This document shows, piece after piece, positions 14,089 to 20,686 of a stretch of DNA of 34,824 bases. The stretch comes from a virus, in the IMG/VR virus record IMGVR_UViG_3300021956_000006, positions 1-34,824 of that record. One strand, given 5' to 3'. The notes under the pieces are model-generated. The model was not told the DNA's origin. It searched no databases and saw only the letters and a list, made by a program, of their open reading frames with translations. The translations under genes were made by a program, and so were the position numbers. Positions within the stretch are counted from its first letter, which is position 1; each line of letters opens with the position of its first letter.

Positions 14089-14418
14089 ATGAAACCAGAA
14101 GAAGCCACCCAAGCCATCAGGGATAGAGCGCCACTATATGGCGAAGCCAAAGCCCAGCGGGTTTACCTTGAGGAATTTCGCAAATCCAAAAAAGCCTTGC
14201 TGATGCGCAATGCCCTGATTAATGGGATTGATGCCGCCAGCCACCAAGAACGCGAGGCTTATTCTAGCCCTGAATATCAGACCTTAATTAAGGGTTTGGC
14301 AGAGGCGGTGGAAAAAGAGGAAACCTTGCGTTGGGAGTTGGAAAGCTATCGACTTGAGGTCGAAGTCTGGCGGACACGCGAAGCCACAAACAGGATGCAA
14401 GACAGGTCGCACCAATGA
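14089..14418 (+). CDS. Hypothetical helical protein, 109 aa
   Basis: TAAATG junction with the upstream gene and ATGA overlap with the downstream gene. Confidence 0.65.
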   Translation: MKPEEATQAIRDRAPLYGEAKAQRVYLEEFRKSKKALLMRNALINGIDAASHQEREAYSSPEYQTLIKGLAEAVEKEETLRWELESYRLEVEVWRTREATNRMQDRSHQ

Positions 14419-14600
14419 AATGTCCTGAATGCGGGACTTGGACTATTGTCAAAGAAACCAGAACCAGCACAGGCAACAGCCGCCGCCGCCGGCTTGAATG
14501 TGCCAATCAGCACAGATTTACCACTTTGGAGACCATCGTTGTTTCAAAAACACCAATACGTCAGAAGCAAAAAATTATTGAAACTGGTTGCCAGCCTTGA
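14415..14600 (+). CDS. NrdR-type zinc-ribbon protein without ATP-cone, 61 aa
   Basis: MKCPECGTWTIVKETRTSTGNSRRRRLECANQHRFTTLE parallels the NrdR N-terminus (CPFC...RRRRxCxxCxxRFTTFE). Confidence 0.6.
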   Translation: MKCPECGTWTIVKETRTSTGNSRRRRLECANQHRFTTLETIVVSKTPIRQKQKIIETGCQP

Positions 14601-14865
14601 CTGCCAATCCTGCGGGTCAGGTCACATGGTCCAAGCCGCGCACACAAACTGGGGTGGCGGCAAGGGCAGGGGAATTAAGGCAGATGATAACCTTGTGGCG
14701 GCGCTTTGCCTGAGATGTCATTACGACATAGACCAAGGTTCAGAACTTAGCAAAGAAGAACGGCAAGCTTTGTGGCAAGCCGCCCACGAGAGCACAGTTA
14801 ATTTACTTGTGGAACGAGGCGAATGGCCTGCTGATGTGCCAGTGCCTAGTATTTTCTCATGTTAG
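14578..14865 (+). CDS. DUF1364 (YbcO-like) putative nuclease
   Basis: CQSCGSG...AAHTNWGGGKGRGIKADDNLVAALCLRCHYDID matches the YbcO pattern C..C...AH...G.G.K..D...C..CH..ID. There is no in-frame ATG upstream of the CxxC, so TTG 14578 is assumed. The ORF-track start at 14446 is also TTG. Confidence 0.6.
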   Translation: MKLVASLDCQSCGSGHMVQAAHTNWGGGKGRGIKADDNLVAALCLRCHYDIDQGSELSKEERQALWQAAHESTVNLLVERGEWPADVPVPSIFSC

Positions 14866-15064
14866 GCAGAGGTGCTTCTTTTTGATTGGCCTCATGCGAC
14901 CGCGGTGGATGGGCGTGTGCCATGTCAGTCTTTTCGTGCTTCTTAAGCTCTTTTTCTAACTCAGCGACTTTGCGAGCTTCTTTCTTATACTCGCGTTCCA
15001 CAACGTAATCTTTAGACTCATGCGTTTTGCATTCGCCTTTGGTGATTTTGAAATTTGTTGCCAT
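14846..15064 (-). CDS. Hypothetical Lys/Glu-rich protein, 72 aa
   Basis: AGGAG lies 5 nt before ATG 15064. Its 3' end overlaps the 3' end of the convergent DUF1364 gene by 20 nt. Confidence 0.55.
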   Translation of the reverse strand: MATNFKITKGECKTHESKDYVVEREYKKEARKVAELEKELKKHEKTDMAHAHPPRSHEANQKEAPLPNMRKY

Positions 15065-15105
15065 GACTACTCCTGATTTGTCATATTTCAAGCATACCAT
15101 TTTCC

Positions 15106-15121
15106 TTGGCAATTGTGCCAA
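15106..15121. promoter_or_regulatory. Inverted repeat TTGGCA-ATTG-TGCCAA in a divergent intergenic region
   Basis: 6-4-6 inverted repeat, 20 nt upstream of ATG 15142 and within the likely promoter region of the 15064 gene. Confidence 0.4.
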
Positions 15122-15141
15122 ATTTTTTTAAGGGGTTCGTA

Positions 15142-15411
15142 ATGTACAAACTTGAAATCAACATCAGCGACTGGTCTTTTGACGAAAACCAAAAAGTCAT
15201 GATTGAGTGCGATGACTTCGAAAAAGTCCAAATCATTCAGGAATTCATTGAGTTTCAACAAGAACATGGCTGGTGCGTTGAGTATGAAGCAGTCAGCATT
15301 GAAGATGAAGACTATGAAGACGAAGACGAAGAAGAAGACGAAGAAGCCGAACTCGAAGTTGGCGATGTCGTTGAAGACGAAGACGGCTTAGTTTGGGAAC
15401 TGGTGGGTTAA
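15142..15411 (+). CDS. Hyper-acidic 89-aa protein (DNA-mimic-like)
   Basis: SD AAGGGG. I counted 35 D/E, 3 K and 0 R in 89 aa. The C-terminus reads EDEDYEDEDEEEDEEAELEVGDVVEDEDG. Confidence 0.65.
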   Translation: MYKLEINISDWSFDENQKVMIECDDFEKVQIIQEFIEFQQEHGWCVEYEAVSIEDEDYEDEDEEEDEEAELEVGDVVEDEDGLVWELVG

Positions 15412-15416
15412 TACCT

Positions 15417-15438
15417 AAAATGGGTGTTATCATACCCA
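15417..15438 (-). terminator. Weak intrinsic terminator for the leftward unit
   Basis: On the minus strand, TGGGT-atgataac-ACCCA is followed by TTTTAG, downstream of the 15477 stop. Confidence 0.35.
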
Positions 15439-15453
15439 CGCAGTTGTCTTTAA

Positions 15454-15478
15454 GGGGGTCTACGGACTCCCTTTTTTT
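15454..15478 (+). terminator. Rho-independent terminator of the acidic-protein gene
   Basis: GGGGGTC-tacg-GACTCCC (7 bp including one G-U pair) followed by TTTTTTT, between convergent genes. Confidence 0.75.
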
Positions 15479-16430
15479 ACACCTTATATAGCTTGCCTCT
15501 GAAATCCACCATGTTTTCTGCCCGTGCGTGTACAAGTTCTGGCCATAAAAGATTTCCATCATGGAATGTCAGCACTGCAAAACCAGACCGCCAGTTGGTG
15601 GGCGACAACTCCAAATAATTCTCAAACTGTGGGCCTGATGGCTCTGCCAATGTCCCTGTGTCCACCCCAAACCTTGTGCCGTTGTAATCGTCAAATGGCG
15701 TGACTTTAAGGCTGTGTAGATGCCCAGTACAAATATTTACCCCGCTATTCAAAGTGTTGTTATGGGTAGCGTGAATTCCACCCTTCCAACGGTGCTTGAC
15801 AATTGTGTCCTCAGTAGGCCAACATGACCAACATGGATGCCAAGCAGGGAAATGGTCTTTTAAGCTAAACCCTTTGACAAACTCATACTGCGGCGCATTG
15901 CAGGCAAGGCGGTTTTCAAATCGTGCGTCGTGGTTGCCCAAAGTCCACACCAGTTGCACATTGCTTCTGGCTTTCTTTGCGACATCCTCAATCTCGCCCA
16001 AAGCAATTTCGCAGGCTTTCAGTTCTTGGATAACAGATGGCGTGGAGTCCCACCCAATGCGCGGATAACGGCTAATTGATGCCCCGTCGAATATATCGCC
16101 GTTAGCTATCACCGCCTTGGGCTGAAGCTCTTTAATCGCCCATAAAAGCCCTTTGTAGGCTGTTGTAGTGATGCTTGGCCAGAAATGTGCATCGCTAAAC
16201 ACAATCACAATTCCATTGAGCATTCCCAATTCTTTTCTAGCAGGATTGGCTTTTTTTGAAACATTCAGCAATGGTTCTTTGACTTCAAGAGACACACCAT
16301 GCCTGATTTCAATTGCTCTGCGTCTGCGGTTAATGCCACGCAAACTCATGTCTGTAATTTTTTGGATTTCAGTGGGCGACTTATGTGTTTCCCACAGTTC
16401 AAGAAATTCTTTATCCGTGATTTTAGTCAT
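15477..16430 (-). CDS. Calcineurin-like metallophosphoesterase with an N-terminal HTH-like domain
   Basis: Motifs SDAHFWP, NGDIFDG, LGNHDARF and TGHLHS occur in canonical order. The N-terminal 50 aa read KSPTEIQKITDMSLRGINRRRRAIEIRHG (HTH-like). Confidence 0.8.
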   Translation of the reverse strand: MTKITDKEFLELWETHKSPTEIQKITDMSLRGINRRRRAIEIRHGVSLEVKEPLLNVSKKANPARKELGMLNGIVIVFSDAHFWPSITTTAYKGLLWAIKELQPKAVIANGDIFDGASISRYPRIGWDSTPSVIQELKACEIALGEIEDVAKKARSNVQLVWTLGNHDARFENRLACNAPQYEFVKGFSLKDHFPAWHPCWSCWPTEDTIVKHRWKGGIHATHNNTLNSGVNICTGHLHSLKVTPFDDYNGTRFGVDTGTLAEPSGPQFENYLELSPTNWRSGFAVLTFHDGNLLWPELVHARAENMVDFRGKLYKV

Positions 16431-16435
16431 AGCAC

Positions 16436-16450
16436 CGCCAAAGTTTGGCG
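16436..16450. promoter_or_regulatory. Perfect 15-bp palindrome CGCCAAAGTTTGGCG over the phosphoesterase RBS region
   Basis: It lies 6-20 nt upstream of ATG 16430, in the 50-nt gap after the endolysin gene. Confidence 0.4.
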
Positions 16451-16480
16451 TATTAAGTCACAAAATTATGACAATAAGAT

Positions 16481-16909
16481 TTACGCGTAAACCCTTGTTC
16501 CAGCTTTGTCAATGATTAATGACATCAACCTTGGTTTAAGATTTTCCTCATTGGGAATCGATACATGAGTCCAACGATCAAACTCTCTGATGCACTGGTC
16601 ATAAGGCAAATCAGAATTAACGATTGCGCTCACCACCTCATCAGGTGTCATGTCTGGCACACGAAAATCGCAGGCGCACCCACGCCGATGTTGTGATTTG
16701 TCACTTGACCCCACAGCGCGGTTAACCTCTGCACTGCGAAATGCGCTGTTCACGATAATGGGTTTGTTACCTAGAAGTTTCTTTACATCTTCCAAAAAGA
16801 AAGCCAGACGTATCAGATTGGCCAATTCCTCATCATTAGGCGTATTGTCAAATTCACGATGGTCTGTGAAAGTTAATTCTTCAAGTGTGAAATGTTCTGA
16901 TAAGTTCAT
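16481..16909 (-). CDS. Endolysin, peptidase M15 (L-alanyl-D-glutamate / D-Ala-D-Ala peptidase type)
   Basis: NSAFRSAEVNRAVGSSDKSQHRRGCACDF...WTHVS fits the zinc-peptidase M15_3-type signature. It is adjacent to the holin. Confidence 0.85.
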   Translation of the reverse strand: MNLSEHFTLEELTFTDHREFDNTPNDEELANLIRLAFFLEDVKKLLGNKPIIVNSAFRSAEVNRAVGSSDKSQHRRGCACDFRVPDMTPDEVVSAIVNSDLPYDQCIREFDRWTHVSIPNEENLKPRLMSLIIDKAGTRVYA

Positions 16910-17115
16910 GCTGGTTGTCTTTTAAAAAAGTCTTTTTTGTCAATCTTTAAATCCACGCATATTCCTATAACTTGCACATCCTTTGAGGAATATTCAGCTA
17001 TCCTGTCTCTGACTTCTTGTAAACACTTTTGTTCATCAGTGGTGTAATTTTGCCCTTGAAAAAACCCACACTGCATTTCCATGCAGATGTACAAAAGTGG
17101 AATAAAGAAAGTCAC
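16906..17115 (-). CDS. Hypothetical protein in the lysis cassette, 69 aa
   Basis: GTG start forms a GTGA overlap with the holin stop. No convincing lipobox, so I do not call it a spanin. Confidence 0.4.
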   Translation of the reverse strand: MTFFIPLLYICMEMQCGFFQGQNYTTDEQKCLQEVRDRIAEYSSKDVQVIGICVDLKIDKKDFFKRQPA

Positions 17116-17606
17116 TTCAGTGGGGTGGATTGGTGCAGTAGCTCATCTTTTTTCTGGCTACCAGCAGACGAACCAAAATAAAAGGCAATGATGCCTGTCC
17201 ATGCAGTGCCAAGTGATCCTAACATCAACATCAGCGCATCAGATGTTTTGAAATGGTCTGTCATCAAGCCAATCAGGATGCCGAAGAATCCGATGGTGAC
17301 GGCAATGGCCATGATGCCGGGTATCCAAGACTGCGTAGTCGACTGCATCTGTCTAGCTGACTTGCGGTCATCCACAGCAATCTTTTCAAAGTCCAACCCC
17401 ATCTCTTGCGCCCTTGCCGCCATCGCTAATTCAGCAGTCTTGATCTGTGCGATCTGGTCAGCAGTTAACTTGCCCTCGGCAATGGTTTTATTAACGTCTT
17501 TGGGGTCAATGCCAACAGCTTTAGAGATTGCATCAACCGCCAAGCCTGCCAGTGGGCCGCCTAACGCAGTCGCAATGGTAGGTGCAATTTGTTTTAGCCA
17601 GTCCAT
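17112..17606 (-). CDS. Holin, 3TM (GTA-holin-like) type
   Basis: AAGGAG precedes ATG 17606. The N-terminus is MDWLKQIAPTIATALGGPLAGLAVDAI and there are two C-terminal TM segments. It lies upstream of the endolysin. Confidence 0.65.
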   Translation of the reverse strand: MDWLKQIAPTIATALGGPLAGLAVDAISKAVGIDPKDVNKTIAEGKLTADQIAQIKTAELAMAARAQEMGLDFEKIAVDDRKSARQMQSTTQSWIPGIMAIAVTIGFFGILIGLMTDHFKTSDALMLMLGSLGTAWTGIIAFYFGSSAGSQKKDELLHQSTPLK

Positions 17607-17755
17607 CACTTCTCCTTTTTTTCGTTGATTAACTTTTGAATCTGTTGTTGTTGATGCTCAGTCTCATGCTTTGCTTGCAAAATGTCAAGGTACATCATCG
17701 CCATCATCGGCAAAAGAATAATGAACACAAAACACATGACAACCAACCCAATCAA
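17606..17755 (-). CDS. Small single-TM protein with a polar C-terminal coil (start uncertain: TTG 17755, ATG 17737 or ATG 17887)
   Basis: This is the only open frame across 17606-17751. TM segment IGLVVMCFVFIILLPMMAMMYL is followed by QAKHETEHQQQQIQKLINEKKEK. The full 93-aa form overlaps the upstream ORF by 136 nt. Confidence 0.45.
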   Translation of the reverse strand: MIGLVVMCFVFIILLPMMAMMYLDILQAKHETEHQQQQIQKLINEKKEK

Positions 17756-18273
17756 AAACCCCAACGGATTTTCCTGTCTAGAATCAGGAGGTAAGCCATT
17801 AGATACAGGTAGAGGATAACTATTATTGTTGCGACCAGTAGCAGTGCCTTGTCTTGTAATGCGCTTATCATTTGTTTTCGTTGCCATGATTTAAGTCTTT
17901 CACGATGCATCTGCTCTAGTTCTGTTTGTTCCTGTTCTGCCTGTATGACCTTTCTCATTTCAATGAAATCTGTGTATATCGCGCCCAATTCAGGCGGGCT
18001 TTGATATATCAGCGTTTCTCTTAACTCTACCTCCATCTGCGCCATTCTTCTCTGAGCCAATACCCTGTCAAGGGCTTGCTGATTCAATGACGCAGTTTTG
18101 GGTTTTTTTTCTTCTTCTTTGACAACCTTGGTTAAGGTTTCCTGTGCAGTAAAGAATTTGCCCAAGTGACTACTGATGTCTTGCACGACATCAACCACTT
18201 CTGCGCCTGTTGCTTTGTATTCTTTATAAAGAGCACAACCTTGCTTAATGTAGCCAACAGCCGTGCTTGCCAT
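17752..18273 (-). CDS. Tail-anchored membrane protein, 173 aa (coiled N-terminal part, C-terminal TM)
   Basis: Long ORF on the operon strand with C-terminal ALLLVATIIVILYLYLMAYLLIL. Confidence 0.55.
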   Translation of the reverse strand: MASTAVGYIKQGCALYKEYKATGAEVVDVVQDISSHLGKFFTAQETLTKVVKEEEKKPKTASLNQQALDRVLAQRRMAQMEVELRETLIYQSPPELGAIYTDFIEMRKVIQAEQEQTELEQMHRERLKSWQRKQMISALQDKALLLVATIIVILYLYLMAYLLILDRKIRWGF

Positions 18274-18300
18274 TGCAATAAGAGTGATTGGATCAATTTC

Positions 18301-18504
18301 TTACCCCTTATGTAACCAATTTGTTGCGTAACCAATCAAGCTAGACAACGCTGAGACAATAGCCATCCCCATCCAAAAGCCCCCTTTGGATTGATTGGCT
18401 AACTCTAACAGTTTATCCATACTGTTTTCAAGTTTATCTATCTTGGCTTCCAAAGATTCAACTTTTTGCCAAAGCACTCCATATTTGACGGGATCAATTT
18501 CCAT
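18301..18504 (-). CDS. Small tail-anchored membrane protein, 67 aa
   Basis: Coiled N-terminus (VESLEAKIDKLENSMDKLLEL) and C-terminal TM GFWMGMAIVSALSSLIGYA. Confidence 0.55.
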   Translation of the reverse strand: MEIDPVKYGVLWQKVESLEAKIDKLENSMDKLLELANQSKGGFWMGMAIVSALSSLIGYATNWLHKG

Positions 18505-18506
18505 GA

Positions 18507-19049
18507 TTAGGTTTTCATGATGTAGGCTAATGAATAGTACAAAGGCAAGTTTGTACCGCTTGGGCTTGATACAGATGAAGTGAATCCACCTGTATTTCCA
18601 ACAGAGTAAGTTGTACCAGCACCCACAATAAATCTATCTCTTAGATCAGGTGTGCCATTTGAACCATTACACAACACATAACCAGATGGAATTGACCCAA
18701 TTGAACCAGACCACGCAATAATTCCACCAGAGGGAACAGCAGTCGCCGATGCAATGCTTGAGGGAATGCCGTAAAGATTGTCATAGGTTTGGATAACAGA
18801 ATTGGAGGAATCTGACAAAACAAACTTGTATGAATAACCAGAGTTCAACCAAATTTCATTAGGTGGCCGGCCATCTGTACCCAATTGAATGGGATTGGTA
18901 TTTTGAATAGAACCTGATGAATCAGTGTAGGTTGCCAAAGGCGTACTAGAACCAGCTTGGTAGGTATAGATATACCCACCATTCAAAGGCAGTCCAGTAG
19001 TGGTAAAAAATTGAAATCCATTACCAATTGGGGCAAGTAGGTAAGCCAT
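18507..19049 (-). CDS. Tail fibre with phage tail-collar domain
   Basis: GGIIAWSGSIGSIPSGYVLCNGSNGTPDLRDRFIVGAG matches the collar-domain consensus (PxGWxxCdG...PDLRGRxxxGxG). The protein ends LYYSLAYIMKT. Confidence 0.8.
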   Translation of the reverse strand: MAYLLAPIGNGFQFFTTTGLPLNGGYIYTYQAGSSTPLATYTDSSGSIQNTNPIQLGTDGRPPNEIWLNSGYSYKFVLSDSSNSVIQTYDNLYGIPSSIASATAVPSGGIIAWSGSIGSIPSGYVLCNGSNGTPDLRDRFIVGAGTTYSVGNTGGFTSSVSSPSGTNLPLYYSLAYIMKT

Positions 19050-19063
19050 TGTCGTTTCCTTGT

Positions 19064-20686
19064 TTATTTAAATTGTGGGGCCATGCCGCGCAACTCAAAT
19101 TTCTGCGGTTCTTCTTCAGCATTTTGACTCTTTTGCGTGGCAGAAACAATATTAGACAATGCTGTTCCTGTGGGTACAGTTAAGCCTAAATTTTTTGCTT
19201 GTCTAGCCACTTTACCCAAAGCATATGCGCTTTCGCCAACCAATCTAGGTGTTTGCAAAGGCAACGCAAACAAGAACGCAGGGTTTGTAAAACTGGCTAT
19301 TCCTGTTGCAGTCTCCACACCTCCAGCTAATCCTCGTGCTGTTGGTGAACTCAATGCCTGACCAGACAATGCATTCAAAAATGGCTTGCCACCCTCTGCT
19401 TCCAATTGTTGAGCCAATGACAAACGATTACCATAATTGGTGTTTACATTGTTGCGTGTCAGACTTTGAAGTTTTCTGATGGCTGTATCAGCAGATGCTC
19501 GATTGTTCAGCGACAAAGCCTTTTCAATTTCTTTCAATGTTTCAGATGCTTCGGTATAGTCAGACATCACATTTGCATAAGTAGGCGCTTGGTCTGCAAT
19601 TGTGCCTTTGACGGAGTTGTAAATTTTTCCGCCTACCCTGCTTGCATTTTCTTGGGTGTAGGGTATTTGTTCATTTAAAGCACCAATTTGCTGTTTTAAA
19701 GCATCTAAACCTTCTGGCGTGTGATAGTCAGCAGGATTTAATTTTTTCCAATCATTGACAGTTTTTTCTATGTTTTCAATGTGTTTATAGGCTTCTGGAT
19801 TTTTAATTTGACCTTTAAAAGTTGTTTCTGCTTTTGCATCAGCAAGTGCTTGGTCAATTGCTTTGAAATCTAAAACAGTTTGGTCATTGCTTACATCTAC
19901 CATTCCAGACTTATAAGCATTGGAACGGTTTTGACGCATTACATTCAAATTATGTTTTGCGTTATCTAAAACATTAGATATGGGAACTTCACCACGCAAA
20001 TTTTGAGCAAAACTTTGATCGCCCTCATAACCAGCTTTTGCGGCACGTTTAATGTTCTCTGTTCCTGTGCCTGTGGTACTACCAAGAATAGGCGGAATTA
20101 CCTTTTCGCCAGCTTTGAGTGTCAAACCTATGGGGCTTGTATATTCTGAGGCAGTCCTTAGACCCGTGGCTACACTTGGCATACCAGCTTTGCCAGCCAG
20201 TCCAGCACCGCCAGAAAACACTGTTGACAAGTCACTAGCAACACCAACAGGGTCATATGCTAAAGCTTCTTTGAATCCCTGAGAGCTTCCATAGCGTTCT
20301 TTGTAAAACTGACCCACTGCATTTGCAGTCTTTACTGCCCTGTCAATTGCTTCTGGGTGTGCATCTAAGGCATCAATGTAATTTGCAATGTGTTTTGGGG
20401 TGATGTTATGCAAACCACCAGCCATCAAATCCATGACACTGGTTGCTGTCTCCAATGGATTGGTGACTGCCTGATACATACCTTTACCCAAATTAATGGC
20501 GCTTTGTGGAACATTTTTTAATGCTGTTAAAGGTACATCTTGCCAAGAAATGCCTTCTCCCTCTGCATCGCCTGACATACCTTGCATCAAATTTTGGGCG
20601 GCTTGCAAATCAATTGGCCTTGATCCCCCCTGATCTTCAACCAAATGCTTTATATCTTCATATGTAATTGGTTTTTCAGGTGTCAT
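19064..20686 (-). CDS. Large virion internal/ejection-type protein (putative), 540 aa
   Basis: The ORF itself is confident. The function is inferred only from size and position, which match the P22 gp7/20/16 region. Confidence 0.5.
   Translation of the reverse strand: MTPEKPITYEDIKHLVEDQGGSRPIDLQAAQNLMQGMSGDAEGEGISWQDVPLTALKNVPQSAINLGKGMYQAVTNPLETATSVMDLMAGGLHNITPKHIANYIDALDAHPEAIDRAVKTANAVGQFYKERYGSSQGFKEALAYDPVGVASDLSTVFSGGAGLAGKAGMPSVATGLRTASEYTSPIGLTLKAGEKVIPPILGSTTGTGTENIKRAAKAGYEGDQSFAQNLRGEVPISNVLDNAKHNLNVMRQNRSNAYKSGMVDVSNDQTVLDFKAIDQALADAKAETTFKGQIKNPEAYKHIENIEKTVNDWKKLNPADYHTPEGLDALKQQIGALNEQIPYTQENASRVGGKIYNSVKGTIADQAPTYANVMSDYTEASETLKEIEKALSLNNRASADTAIRKLQSLTRNNVNTNYGNRLSLAQQLEAEGGKPFLNALSGQALSSPTARGLAGGVETATGIASFTNPAFLFALPLQTPRLVGESAYALGKVARQAKNLGLTVPTGTALSNIVSATQKSQNAEEEPQKFELRGMAPQFK

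Noticed and set aside
14560-14600. Programmed frameshift at the A6 run (caaaaaatt) fusing the zinc ribbon to the DUF1364 nuclease.
   Set aside because: The nuclease frame is +1 relative to the zinc-ribbon frame, and a -1 slip on the A-run hits a stop immediately. A coupled TTG start is the simpler explanation.
15106-15121. TTGGCA...TGCCAA read as a sigma54 (-24 TGGCAC / -12 TTGC) promoter.
   Set aside because: The spacing and the -12 element do not fit the consensus. It is kept only as an inverted-repeat operator candidate.
16906-17115. The 69-aa ORF after the holin as an o-spanin lipoprotein.
   Set aside because: The candidate cysteines (LYIC, EMQC) are not preceded by a lipobox or a charged n-region.
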